A stretch of DNA of 64,000 bases, from NCBI GenBank assembly GCA_965204885.1, contig OZ242019.1, forward strand, positions 1,331,734-1,395,733, in the 5' to 3' direction. Below, in pieces: positions 19,872 through 29,239 of this stretch. The first letter of the stretch is position 1, and each line of letters begins with the position of its first letter. The notes under the pieces are model-generated. The model was given only the letters and a program-made list of their open reading frames with translations. It was not told the DNA's origin and made no database searches. The translations under genes were made by a program, and so were the position numbers. This DNA is from Dehalococcoidia bacterium. GTDB lineage: Bacteria > Chloroflexota > Dehalococcoidia > UBA6926.

Positions 19872-20881
19872 ACCCTGCTGGCCGCCACCAGCCGCTCCAG
19901 CCTGTCTCGCGCGGCGCCGGAGTCGATGGATTCCCGTGCCGCCTCAAGTCCTCCTGCCAGGTCGTCCGCCGCCTCTCCGGCCATTAGCGCGGCAGCTGCG
20001 TTGATGAGCACGATGTCGCGGTACGGCCCCGGCTCCCCGTTGAGCACGTTCGTGAAGATGCGATGGCTCGACTCCACATCTTCGCTCCGTAGCTGTTCGA
20101 CCCCTGCATGAGTCAACCCGAACTGGTCCGGCGTGATCTCTTGCACCGTCACGGAGCCGTCACGGTACTCCGCCATAATTGACGGCCCGCTCAGCGCAAT
20201 CTCGTCTAACCCGTCCGCGCCGTGCACGACGATGGCCCGCTTGGCTCCCAGCTCGCCCAGCACACGGGCGATGGTCTCCACGAGTTCCGGACGCGGAACA
20301 CCGACAAGCTGATGTCCTGCATGGGCCGGATTCGTGAGCGGCCCGAGGATGTTGAAGACCGTTCGCACGCCGATCTCCCGCCGCGGCCCTGCTGCGTGCC
20401 GCATGGCAGGGTGGTACTTCGGCGCGAACATGAAGCCGATGCCTGCGCTGTCGATGCAGTGCGCCACCTGCTCCGGCTCAAGTTCGATGGTCACGCCCGC
20501 CGCCTCTAACACGTCGGCGGAGCCGCATGCGGACGACGCGGCGCGGTTGCCGTGCTTTGCCACGCGCAGACCCGCTCCAGCGGCCACCAGTGCCGCCGTC
20601 GTTGAGATATTGAACGTGTGAGATGCGTCTCCGCCCGTCCCGCACGTATCCAGCAGCGAAACGGGATCATCCACCTCAACGCGCAGCGCCCGCGCCCGCA
20701 TGACACGCGCGAGTCCCGCGATTTCGTCGACACCCTCACCCTTGGTGCGCAGCGCCATGAGGAACGCGCCGAGCTGGGCGGGCGTTGCCTCGCCGTCCAT
20801 GATCTCCGTCATCACCTGCTCGGCCTCCGCCTGAGAGATGCTGCGGCCCTCAATCAGGTGTGCAATTGCCTCTCGAATCAT
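19868..20881 (-). CDS. trpD: Anthranilate phosphoribosyltransferase
   Basis: 337 aa. DTCGTGGD and KHGNRAASS are TrpD motifs. Confidence 0.95.
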   Translation of the reverse strand: MIREAIAHLIEGRSISQAEAEQVMTEIMDGEATPAQLGAFLMALRTKGEGVDEIAGLARVMRARALRVEVDDPVSLLDTCGTGGDASHTFNISTTAALVAAGAGLRVAKHGNRAASSACGSADVLEAAGVTIELEPEQVAHCIDSAGIGFMFAPKYHPAMRHAAGPRREIGVRTVFNILGPLTNPAHAGHQLVGVPRPELVETIARVLGELGAKRAIVVHGADGLDEIALSGPSIMAEYRDGSVTVQEITPDQFGLTHAGVEQLRSEDVESSHRIFTNVLNGEPGPYRDIVLINAAAALMAGEAADDLAGGLEAARESIDSGAARDRLERLVAASRV

Positions 20882-20955
20882 CGGATGAGCTCCATCTCAT
20901 TTCAAAACGTGTGCTTGTGCGACCACATGATACTTGGTGAGTCACCCGCGCCTGA

Positions 20956-22212
20956 CTAGTCAGCAACGTACTGGCGTTGCCCCTCCCATCGCGTTACCAG
21001 GGCAACAGTCGCGGCGAACATGACGAGCGCGGCGCAGAAAATGAAAGTCGTTGGCAGGTCTTGTTCATCCGCAATCCACCCGCCAATAAGAGGGGCGAGA
21101 GAGCCGAACAGCGTTGCAACACCAAAGACCAGTGAAACCGTCGTGGACTGGACGTCGGATGGCGCGAGGTCGGACGCGGACGCGAGGAAAATCGCCATCA
21201 TTGGGTAGAAGAACAGGCTCGCGACCAGGATTGTGGCGATCAGCGGTAGTCCCTCAGGCACAACGCCGAACAAGAAGTAGGCAATCGCAAGAATAGCCAT
21301 CGCCGGAACCATCACGGCTTTGCGGCCCCAACGGTCGGAAAGGTATCCCATCACCGGCTGAGACCCTATGCCGGTCACGTGCAGCAGGAATAGGTGGAAG
21401 CCCAGGGCGCCCGATGTCAATCCAATGTCCTCGCGCAGATAGACGGGCAGGAACGTGTACATGGTGGCCTGAGCGCCTGCGAATCCGCCCGTAAAGAACA
21501 GCACCAGAAGCAGACGGCGATTGCGCAAGAGTCTGCGCAGCGCGACCAGGTATTCGGCAAAGGATGCGGCCTGGCTGATGTCGGCGGGGACGCGTCGCAG
21601 CACGAACCAGATGATGAACCCGAGGATCAGACCGGGGACGATCGCGCCCTGGAAGATCACCTGCCACGCAAAGAACCCCAGCAGAAAACCGGCGACAATC
21701 GGGCCGAGGGCCTCGCCGATGCTCCCGCCGGTGCCGTGTAAGGCGATGGCGAAGCCGCGGTTTGCGGTGAATTGTCGCGAGAGTGAGCCAATCGCCGCCG
21801 GATGCCACAGAGAGATGAATAGCACCATCAACGATGTCCATAGCGTGACGAGCCAGAACGACATCGTTAGCCCGGCGAGAGCGTATGTGATGCCGATGCC
21901 TGCAATCGAGATGCCCAGCACAATCGCGCGGAGCTTTGTGAATCGGTCGGCTATGTAGCCGGCCGGGAAGTTTGCCAGCCCGCCCGTTAGAAAGCGAGAC
22001 GTGGAGAGAACACCGACCTGCGTATTGGTGAGGCCGAGGCCCGTCTTGAGTTCAGGCAATAGCACCGCAAACGCCGCGTTCATCAGGTGCTTTATGCCGT
22101 GACCCGTTACGGCAGTAATCAGCAGCGTCCGCCGCTGGCCGAGCGTCAGTTCACGCTCGGCTGGTGCCGATGCCATTGATCCTTCGCCCTGCTGTTGAAT
22201 GTTCTGCGCCAA
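20956..22212 (-). CDS. MFS transporter
   Basis: 418 aa with about 12 predicted TM segments and an MFS-like loop (GYIADRFTKLR; GYLSDRWGRK). It is embedded between trpG and trpD. Confidence 0.85.
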   Translation of the reverse strand: MAQNIQQQGEGSMASAPAERELTLGQRRTLLITAVTGHGIKHLMNAAFAVLLPELKTGLGLTNTQVGVLSTSRFLTGGLANFPAGYIADRFTKLRAIVLGISIAGIGITYALAGLTMSFWLVTLWTSLMVLFISLWHPAAIGSLSRQFTANRGFAIALHGTGGSIGEALGPIVAGFLLGFFAWQVIFQGAIVPGLILGFIIWFVLRRVPADISQAASFAEYLVALRRLLRNRRLLLVLFFTGGFAGAQATMYTFLPVYLREDIGLTSGALGFHLFLLHVTGIGSQPVMGYLSDRWGRKAVMVPAMAILAIAYFLFGVVPEGLPLIATILVASLFFYPMMAIFLASASDLAPSDVQSTTVSLVFGVATLFGSLAPLIGGWIADEQDLPTTFIFCAALVMFAATVALVTRWEGQRQYVAD

Positions 22213-22225
22213 CGTGTCCTCGCGC

Positions 22226-22792
22226 CTACATCTTCAGGAAATTGCGGAGCAGGTCCTTGCCGACCTCCGTCCGAATGCTCTCCGGATGGAACTGTATGCC
22301 CACGATGGGATACTCACGGTGCCGTACGCCCATCACAACGCCCCTGTCCGTCCGCGCCGTTACCTCAAGCTCCTCAGGCACGGTATCAGGCAGGATGGCG
22401 AGCGAGTGGTAGCGGATCGCCTCGAACGGATTTGGCAGACCCTCATAGACTCCCTTGCCGTCATGGTAAATCATGCTGGATTTGCCGTGCATGATTTCTC
22501 CTGCTCCGGCCACCGTTCCGCCAAAGACCTCTCCGATGCACTGATGGCCGAGGCATACGCCCAGCACCGGCGTGCCATGCTCCCCGAAATACCGTGCCAC
22601 GTCCTTGGAGATGCCCGCATTGGCGGGATTCGACGGGCCCGGCGAGATGACCACTTTCTCCGGTTGCATCTCCACGATATTTTCAACCGTCGTCTTGTCG
22701 TTCCGATCAACGACAACGTCCTCGCCAAGCTCGGACAGGTATTGGTACAGGTTGTACGTAAAACTGTCGTAGTTATCGAGCAGGAAGATCAT
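22226..22792 (-). CDS. trpG: Anthranilate synthase component II (glutamine amidotransferase)
   Basis: 188 aa. MIFLLDNYDSFTYNLYQYL, GVCLGHQ (catalytic Cys) and FHPES are present. It overlaps trpE by 4 nt. Confidence 0.95.
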   Translation of the reverse strand: MIFLLDNYDSFTYNLYQYLSELGEDVVVDRNDKTTVENIVEMQPEKVVISPGPSNPANAGISKDVARYFGEHGTPVLGVCLGHQCIGEVFGGTVAGAGEIMHGKSSMIYHDGKGVYEGLPNPFEAIRYHSLAILPDTVPEELEVTARTDRGVVMGVRHREYPIVGIQFHPESIRTEVGKDLLRNFLKM

Positions 22793-24309
22793 TGCACGCC
22801 TCCCACCGGTTCGGCCGCAAGCCTGTTGATGCGATCGTTCGTGAGGTCCTCTCCGGCGTCCAGCGCCGCCAGCATCCCACGCGCCTTTGCCAAAGACTCT
22901 TCGTACTCAGACCGCGGGACGCTGTCATAGACAAGACCGCCGCCCGCCTGCACGGTCGCCAGACCGTCCTTCATCACGACGGTTCGAATGCAGATCGCCA
23001 TGTCCATGTTTCCCACCTTGGAGAAGTAGCCTACCGCGCCGCTGTACGGCCCGCGTTCGTGCGGCTCTTTCTCGGAGATGATTTCCATTGCCCGCACCTT
23101 TGGAGCGCCGGACAACGTTCCCGCCGGGAAGCAGGAGCGCAGCGTGTCGAATGCAGTCAGCCCCTCTCGGAGCTTGCCCGTCACGTTTGAGACGATGTGC
23201 ATCACATGTGAATACCGTTCGATTTCCATGAGCTTCGTAACATTGACAGTGCCGGGCTCGCTGACGCGGCCGATGTCGTTCCGGCCGAGATCGACGAGCA
23301 TGATGTGTTCCGCCCGCTCCTTCTCGTCCGTGATCAGCTCCTCGGCTAGCGCGTCGTCCTCCTCCGGCGTCTCGCCGCGCCGCCGTGTGCCTGCTATCGG
23401 GTGCGTCGTTGTCATCCCATCCTCAACACGAACGAGCATCTCCGGCGACGAGCCGATGATGTGAAAGTCTCCCATATCGAGGAAGTACATATAGGGCGAG
23501 GGATTTAATGTCCGCAGCGCGCGGTAGATGTCAAACGGAGCGGCAGACGTGCGCCGCGCCAGCCGCTGGGACAGAACCACTTGGATGCATTCGCCGTCCG
23601 TGATCAGCTCCCGTGCCTCCTCAACCTGACCCATGAACGACTCCGGCGTGTGATTGGACGTCAACTCGCTCCGGTAATCGTCCGCGTCACCGGGGTCGAG
23701 ACACGGGTTGCCGTCGAGGCTGCCCGTCTGCAGCCTTAGGATGATGTTGTCGATGTGTTCTATGGCTTGCTGATAGGACTCGTGGATTTGGTCATCGTCG
23801 CCCTCAAGCGATGCATAGTTGACGACTTTGATGACGTGCTTGACGTGGTCGAAGATGAGCAGCGTGTCCGTCAACATGAACACGGATTCCGGCAGCTGCA
23901 TCGGATCGGGGTTCTCATTGCGCGGCACACGCGGCTCAAAATGATGGACGGCCTCGTAAGCGATGAACCCCACCGCCCCGCCAAGGAAACGCGGCAGCCC
24001 GGGCACCTGGACGGGCCTGATTCCTTCCAGTTCCTTCTCAATCAGTGTCAATGGATCAATGCTGCCGTGCGGCGTTTCCGGTCCGGTCATGATGACCTTG
24101 GTCGGCAGGGTGCCGATGAAACTGTAACGAGCGACCCGCTCGCCGCCCTCCACGCTTTCCAGCAGAAACGAGGGCGCTTCCTGCGCTACCTTGAGGTAGG
24201 CGGTGACGGGGGTCTCCATATCTGCGGGAATGTCACGCCAGACGGGCGCGGTGTTCCCCTGGCCGCGCATCGCGCATACCTCATCCACGCTTGGGAAATA
24301 CGTCGCCAT
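22789..24309 (-). CDS. trpE: Anthranilate synthase component I
   Basis: 506 aa. LESVEGGERVARYSFIG, the chorismate-binding domain and GAVGYF are present. Confidence 0.96.
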   Translation of the reverse strand: MATYFPSVDEVCAMRGQGNTAPVWRDIPADMETPVTAYLKVAQEAPSFLLESVEGGERVARYSFIGTLPTKVIMTGPETPHGSIDPLTLIEKELEGIRPVQVPGLPRFLGGAVGFIAYEAVHHFEPRVPRNENPDPMQLPESVFMLTDTLLIFDHVKHVIKVVNYASLEGDDDQIHESYQQAIEHIDNIILRLQTGSLDGNPCLDPGDADDYRSELTSNHTPESFMGQVEEARELITDGECIQVVLSQRLARRTSAAPFDIYRALRTLNPSPYMYFLDMGDFHIIGSSPEMLVRVEDGMTTTHPIAGTRRRGETPEEDDALAEELITDEKERAEHIMLVDLGRNDIGRVSEPGTVNVTKLMEIERYSHVMHIVSNVTGKLREGLTAFDTLRSCFPAGTLSGAPKVRAMEIISEKEPHERGPYSGAVGYFSKVGNMDMAICIRTVVMKDGLATVQAGGGLVYDSVPRSEYEESLAKARGMLAALDAGEDLTNDRINRLAAEPVGGVQ

Positions 24310-24360
24310 TTCCTGTCCCGCCTTTCCTCTTCTCCTTCGTCCTCATCCGGAATGAGGGAC

Positions 24361-24391
24361 AAACAAAAAGCCCGTCCCTCAAAGGGACGGG
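24361..24391 (-). terminator. Intrinsic terminator of the T-box leader
   Basis: The minus strand reads CCCGTCCC-TTTGA-GGGACGGG followed by CTTTTTGTTT, immediately 3' of the T-box sequence. Confidence 0.8.
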
Positions 24392-24672
24392 TCCTCGTTT
24401 CGCGTGGATTCCCGCGGTGCCACCCTTATTCCCCCGCCTGCATGGCGGGAGCTCTCGTTAGGTACTTCCCTTTGGCCTTAGCCTCTGGGGGTATACCGTG
24501 GACGTGTAACGGCGTCCCAACCCGTCGGAGCCTACTGGGTTGCGGCTTCCGCCGCCCTGTTCGGTCCGCAGCTCCCGAGTCCATTCCCGTCCGGTTCGGC
24601 GTCGGGATTCCACCAATCCCCGACTCTCTGCAGCCTGACGATGGACGGTACTACTCTCGTTCGTCGCCTTTG
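24361..24672 (-). promoter_or_regulatory. T-box riboswitch leader, Trp-specific (specifier UGG), controlling trpE
   Basis: The minus strand shows Stem I elements (GAGAGUAGUA; AG bulge CAGAGAG; distal loop UUGGUGGAA). The specifier loop is GAA-UGG-A, with the UGG codon at 24581-24583. The T-box core is AAGGGUGGCACCGCGGG (24411-24427), followed by the terminator. Confidence 0.85.
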
Positions 24673-24688
24673 GTTTTCGTATTCAGTT

Positions 24689-25309
24689 TTAACAAATGCT
24701 ACGTTCGGATAACCTGTCTGTCAATCTAACGACGCCCCGCTCCACATACTCGGCAGGCCCCCGCCCTAACCGACTCTCCATAAGCGTCACCGTGTCAACG
24801 CGGAATGCGGTCGAGAGGATTGGCGGTGTATGTGCCGGGTCAAGCCTCCATCTGCGCCCGCGCCGTACGCGCCCCAACGTTACATGTGGTTGAAATGCGC
24901 GGGACTCCACCCGCAAACCGACGCTCTTCACTACAGCGTTTACCCGAGAATGCAGTTCCTGCAAGGCGTCTACTTTCCCGCCGAGACCGGCCCATACTAC
25001 CTGCGCGCCGCCTCTGCGCCGTCTGTCACCGAATGTTCCCAAACTGTTTACGGTCAATTCGAAAGGCTCAGTGCTCGCCGTCTCTTCCCGAAGCGCATCG
25101 ATCAGCGGCACAGCCACGCTTTCAGCAATCTGCCCGAGAAAGGCGAGTGTGATGTGCAGCGCGTCCGTCGCCACCCAGCGCACCGCTTCATCTGCATCGC
25201 GCTGCCTGAGCTGCCTGACCACCGCCTCGAGTTCTGTCTTGACACTCGGCGGCGGGACAATTGCAACGAACGCCCGGAAAGAGGGCCCGGTGGGGGAGTC
25301 TGCCGTCAC
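24689..25309 (-). CDS. thpR: RNA 2',3'-cyclic phosphodiesterase (2H family, LigT/ThpR)
   Basis: 206 aa with two HxT/Sx motifs (HITLAF and HVTLGR). Confidence 0.85.
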   Translation of the reverse strand: MTADSPTGPSFRAFVAIVPPPSVKTELEAVVRQLRQRDADEAVRWVATDALHITLAFLGQIAESVAVPLIDALREETASTEPFELTVNSLGTFGDRRRRGGAQVVWAGLGGKVDALQELHSRVNAVVKSVGLRVESRAFQPHVTLGRVRRGRRWRLDPAHTPPILSTAFRVDTVTLMESRLGRGPAEYVERGVVRLTDRLSERSIC

Positions 25310-26178
25310 GCGCGGGATGCTCCCACTCTCCCCAGGAAATCCTCTGCATTGTGCTGCAGGACGCGCTCCAATTCCTCTGACGTCAGCCCGGCCCTATCGA
25401 GGTATTGGATCACCCGCTCCTGCCGCATCAGCGGGTAATCCGTCGCGAATAGCACCCGATCGAGGCCGATTGAGTTGATGAGGGCGCGAACCGTGGCGGG
25501 ATCATACAGGTACGGCATTGCCGCCGTGTCCACGTAGACATCCGCAAACACGTCCCCAGACGCGCGGAGATTCGCATAGAAAGGCAGCCCCCCTCCGGCG
25601 TGCGCAAGGATGACGGGGATGCCACGCAGGTGCTCCAACAGCCTGTACAAGCGCTCGGGTGTCGCCGTCCCCTTGCCCGGATACATCCGCCCAACGGGCT
25701 CGGAGGCGTGCATCAACAGACCCATGCCGTGCCCGTGAACACGCTCCGCGAATGCATCTATGTCCTGGGCCTGCATCTCAAGCAGCCCCTGCGTGTCCGG
25801 CCGCAACTCGCCCAAGCCCCTGACGCCGCCTGCGGCTAGGCGGTCGATTTCGGCAATTGCCTCCGAAAGAGAGTCGCGCGGCGCAACGGTGCCGAAACCC
25901 ACCACGCGGCTGGGATAGAGCCGAACGGCATCAATGATCGCGTCATTCCCTTCGCGGCACAGGTCGTTGGTGCTCCATCCGAAACCGCATGTGATTGATC
26001 GAGAGATCCCCACCAGATCCATGGAGTCTATTAACTGTTCCGTCACGATGATCTGGGCGTCCGGCGCCTGGTACATCTCATGGAACGCGGCGTCTTGAGG
26101 GAAGTAGCGGAATCGATCCTCCGCCACATCAGGGTGGAAAACATGAACATGCGCGTCCACGCGGCCTATCGTACTCAT
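25306..26178 (-). CDS. Amidohydrolase-2 family metal-dependent hydrolase (TIM barrel)
   Basis: 290 aa. There is an N-terminal DAHVHVF motif and later HAGG and D residues typical of PF04909-like proteins. Confidence 0.8.
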   Translation of the reverse strand: MSTIGRVDAHVHVFHPDVAEDRFRYFPQDAAFHEMYQAPDAQIIVTEQLIDSMDLVGISRSITCGFGWSTNDLCREGNDAIIDAVRLYPSRVVGFGTVAPRDSLSEAIAEIDRLAAGGVRGLGELRPDTQGLLEMQAQDIDAFAERVHGHGMGLLMHASEPVGRMYPGKGTATPERLYRLLEHLRGIPVILAHAGGGLPFYANLRASGDVFADVYVDTAAMPYLYDPATVRALINSIGLDRVLFATDYPLMRQERVIQYLDRAGLTSEELERVLQHNAEDFLGRVGASRA

Positions 26179-26232
26179 GGGCTAAAGTATAGAGAAAGGA
26201 ACGGAGTACTCCCCAATCCCAATAGAGAAACA

Positions 26233-27351
26233 ATGACGCAGACAGTTCTGGACAACTCTCCCGCAGATACCGCGCCGCCCTCTCGCTCCCGTGTGGCCGT
26301 CGTCTACACGACGCCTGAAACGGTGTTGGACGATGTTGGCCGCCTGATGCGCCTTGCCGGTTACCAGGAGACGCTTGATGCCACCGCCGCCACGCTTTTG
26401 AAGGTCAACATTTCCTGGCAGCTCTGGTATCCGGCCTGCTCCACCACGCCATGGCAGCTTGACGGCGTCATCAAGACGTTGAAAGAGGATGGTTTCCAGG
26501 ACATTATCGCCGCGCACAACGGCACGGTTGTGGTTGACGCAAAGGTTGGCGAGGTCAACAACAAACATTTGCCGGTCATTGAGAAACACGGCATCCCCAA
26601 CACACACCTCGAGGATGTGGAGTGGATGCAGTTCCAGCCGAAAGCGGAGATGCGCGTGCTGGGCGATATATTTCCCGAGGGTCTGCGGATTCCGGCCCTC
26701 TTCCCCGGCAAGAACATCATCCACCTGCCAACCATGAAGACCCACGTCTTCACGACCATGACCGGCGCAATGAAGAATGCATTCGGCGGCCTGCTGAATC
26801 ACCGCCGTCACTGGACGCACTCCGTCATCCACGAAACGCTCGTCGACTTGCTGGCCATCCAGAAGGAGATTCACCCCGGTCTATTCGCCGTCATGGACGG
26901 CACCTTTGTCGGCGATGGACCCGGTCCGCGCGCGATGCAATGGCAAACGAAGAACATTTTGCTGGCGTCAGCGGACCAGGTGGCCATCGATGCCGTCTCC
27001 GCCAAGCTCATGGGAATCGACCCGATGTCCGTCAAATTCATTCGTCTTGCGCATGAGGCGGGCTTGGGAACCGGTGATCCACGAGAGATCGAAATCGTCG
27101 GTGAGGACGTGTCTAAGGTGAACTGGCATCTCAAGGCGAGCGAGGACACGTTCGCGAGCCGTGGGCAGAAGCTCATCTACTGGGGTCCGCTCAAGCGCCT
27201 TGAGCATCTTCTTCTACGTACTGTCATCGCGCCCTGGTCTTATGTCGCATCCAATCTCTATTTTAACGGCTATTGGTACAATGCGATTGGTCGGCGCAGA
27301 GCCGGCAAAGCGCTGGAAACGCCGTGGGGAACGCTGTTTCGCTCATACTGA
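26233..27351 (+). CDS. DUF362 domain protein
   Basis: The track ORF was trimmed to the ATG at 26233 (MTQTVLDN...). LPTMKTHVFTTMTGAMKNAFGG matches my recollection of the conserved DUF362 core. Confidence 0.75.
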   Translation: MTQTVLDNSPADTAPPSRSRVAVVYTTPETVLDDVGRLMRLAGYQETLDATAATLLKVNISWQLWYPACSTTPWQLDGVIKTLKEDGFQDIIAAHNGTVVVDAKVGEVNNKHLPVIEKHGIPNTHLEDVEWMQFQPKAEMRVLGDIFPEGLRIPALFPGKNIIHLPTMKTHVFTTMTGAMKNAFGGLLNHRRHWTHSVIHETLVDLLAIQKEIHPGLFAVMDGTFVGDGPGPRAMQWQTKNILLASADQVAIDAVSAKLMGIDPMSVKFIRLAHEAGLGTGDPREIEIVGEDVSKVNWHLKASEDTFASRGQKLIYWGPLKRLEHLLLRTVIAPWSYVASNLYFNGYWYNAIGRRRAGKALETPWGTLFRSY

Positions 27352-27413
27352 CGTGGCGGCGGGTGTGACCGCGTGTATCATAAAAGGGGATAGGTTGGTC
27401 GCCCGGGGAGGGC

Positions 27414-28262
27414 ATGATGTCGGAAGAACGAGCCAACAGCGAAGCTCCGACCATTGACGCCGAGGATAAGGCTCACATTGCCGAAGAGCGCCTTGAGCAC
27501 GAAGCATCCGCGCTTGAAGAAGAGAAGGGCACTCTTGAGCTCGTCGAGTCCGGCCATGATGATCGCGTCTGGCAACGAGTCCTCCACGCTGCGCTCGCCG
27601 TGCCCGGTGTCAAAGTCAATCGTGAGGACTTTCTGCGAGCCACTCTGAAGTCGATTGCCGATGAAGAGCAGATTGAGAAGGCCATCGAGTCGCGACCGGC
27701 GGTGGCAGGCATCGATATCGCCGAGATTGACGGCCGGGCAAACGTCCTGATCAGGAAGCATGTTGCCCGCGCGTCCGGCATCTCATTCGCAACCGGCATT
27801 CCCGGTGGATTTGCCCTGCTGGGCACGATTCCCGCTGACCTCGCCCAGTATTTCTTTCATATGACCGTGATGGCGCAGGAGTTGGCCTATCTATACGGCT
27901 GGCCGAACCTGCTGCATGAAGATGAACTGGACGAGATTGCCCAGGCTGACATTACGATGTTCATCGGCGCGATGATGGGTGTGGGCGCGGCCAAGCAGGG
28001 CCTCCAACAACTCTCCGCCCGCGCTGTGACGCATCACGCCTCATCAATGCTGGCAAAGCGTGTTGGCCGCTACATCGGTGTCAAGATCACAAAGGACACC
28101 TTCACGCGCGGATTCGCCAAGGCTATCCCACTTCTGGGGGGATTCATCGGCGCCGGTATGACGGCGTCTACTATGCTTCCGATGGCCCGCCGACTCAAGC
28201 AAGACCTTGCCCAGCTTGACTATGCCCTGGCCGAAGCGCCGATTGAGGGACACGAGAACTAG
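27414..28262 (+). CDS. Hypothetical protein, possibly EcsC-family-like
   Basis: 282 aa. The N-terminus is acidic. The central block GISFATGIPGGFALLGTIPADLAQYFFHMTVMAQELAYLYGW resembles EcsC-type proteins. The assignment is from memory only. Confidence 0.45.
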   Translation: MMSEERANSEAPTIDAEDKAHIAEERLEHEASALEEEKGTLELVESGHDDRVWQRVLHAALAVPGVKVNREDFLRATLKSIADEEQIEKAIESRPAVAGIDIAEIDGRANVLIRKHVARASGISFATGIPGGFALLGTIPADLAQYFFHMTVMAQELAYLYGWPNLLHEDELDEIAQADITMFIGAMMGVGAAKQGLQQLSARAVTHHASSMLAKRVGRYIGVKITKDTFTRGFAKAIPLLGGFIGAGMTASTMLPMARRLKQDLAQLDYALAEAPIEGHEN

Positions 28263-28291
28263 CTGATTCAGCTGACCGGCGCGGGGTCTGG

Positions 28292-29239
28292 TTACTTCTG
28301 ACCGTCCCGCTCCTTGCGGATCGCAGAAAAATCCTCGCGACGCCACCGGTAGGGGGAGTGGACAATTGTTCCCGGTTCCGTGACAGTCTCCAGCAGGTTG
28401 AGCGCGTCTTCAACGATTGTTCTCTGTTGATCCACGTTGTCCGGCTGCCCGAACGGCTGCCCATACGGGTGTTTCACATAGAGTGACCGTGGTGGTTTGA
28501 CCCGCATGGGCTGCTGCAAACCCTGGTTCACCACCACCGTAGAAATCCCGTGCTCCTCAAGCACCCGTGCGATCAGCCCGCCGGACTGATTGCACATCGG
28601 TCAAGTTGTCCCGATCAAAGCCGCGTCAACGTCTTCCTCAAGGAGCATTCGGGCTGCTTCCGGCGCCGTCTCTTCCATCAGGCGGGGGATGTTGTCGCCG
28701 ATGATGTACCCCATGAAGCCGAAGGAATTCGCCGCGATTGACCCAATCCGTCTTTCCTCTTCCATATCCCGCAGACGTTCGATTGGAAAGATGACGTTGA
28801 TGTCCTTCTCCGCGTTGGACTTGTCATAGTGCTCATGGAAGATCGCTAGGTCGGACACCGGTGTTGTGGAGGGGATCACGCGATACGTGGGGTCGTCATC
28901 AATGTATGGTTCCTGCGCGTCTCGCACATAGGCCCCGCCCGTTGTCAGCAGCGCAATACGTGCCTCTGAGAGCGGTTTCTGAAATGCCGTCCATGGTGAA
29001 GAATCAAATGAGATGGCGTTGGGATTCACTCGCGATACCAGGTCGCGCTCCCACTCACTCAGGTATGCGTCCACCCGCGACCAATCTCCGTCGTCATGGG
29101 AGAGCAGGGCAGCCTCATACAGCCCGTTGAAAAAGCGCGTCGCCTCCTCTTCAGGGAGGCGTTCCATCCTGATCTTGGAGAACGCCATGTTCTCGATAGA
29201 CGGCGGCAGCCGCGCCAGGTCACGTAGTTCAATTGGCAT
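28292..29239 (-). CDS. GrdB-like (glycine/sarcosine/betaine/D-proline reductase selenoprotein B family) protein, copy 1; in-frame UGA at 28601-28603 read as selenocysteine
   Basis: Track ORFs 28601..29239 and 28292..28597 are in the same frame and are separated only by TGA plus one codon. Read-through gives ...DVDAALIGTT-U-PMCNQSGGLIARVLEEHGISTVVVNQ.... Family hallmarks are ALLTTGG, IPS..P..DL.I.H..YD, DINVIFPIERL and GFMG. A SECIS-like hairpin lies 10 nt after the UGA. Confidence 0.75.
28572..28590 (-). promoter_or_regulatory. SECIS-like hairpin for GrdB-like copy 1
   Basis: The mRNA reads UGA-N10-AUCAGUCC-GGC-GGGCUGAU. The stem is 8 bp including one G-U pair. Confidence 0.6.

Noticed and set aside
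24310-24690. tRNA or other structured RNA gene, or the 324-aa plus-strand ORF 23755..24729, in the trpE upstream region
   Set aside because: The structure is explained by the minus-strand T-box leader. The plus-strand ORF is antisense to trpE and the leader and has junk composition.
28195-28464. Pair of alternative-frame ORFs that are highly similar to each other (28195..28464 and 29329..29589; MG.RSGSRT.WINREQ...)
   Set aside because: Their similarity is a by-product of the roughly 95% nucleotide identity of the 3' blocks of the two GrdB-like genes. They run in a different frame across the gene ends, with Arg/Ser-rich junk composition.
28598-28603. Treating the TGA codons at 28601, 29726 and 59522 as true stops, which would give split genes or pseudogenes
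   Set aside because: I considered this seriously. In all three cases the downstream frame stays open and encodes the conserved continuation of the domain. In the two GrdB-like paralogues it is conserved on both sides, and in the rhodanese it includes the catalytic loop. A hairpin lies at a fixed 10-nt distance in each case. A pseudogene interpretation remains possible if the genome lacks Sec machinery.
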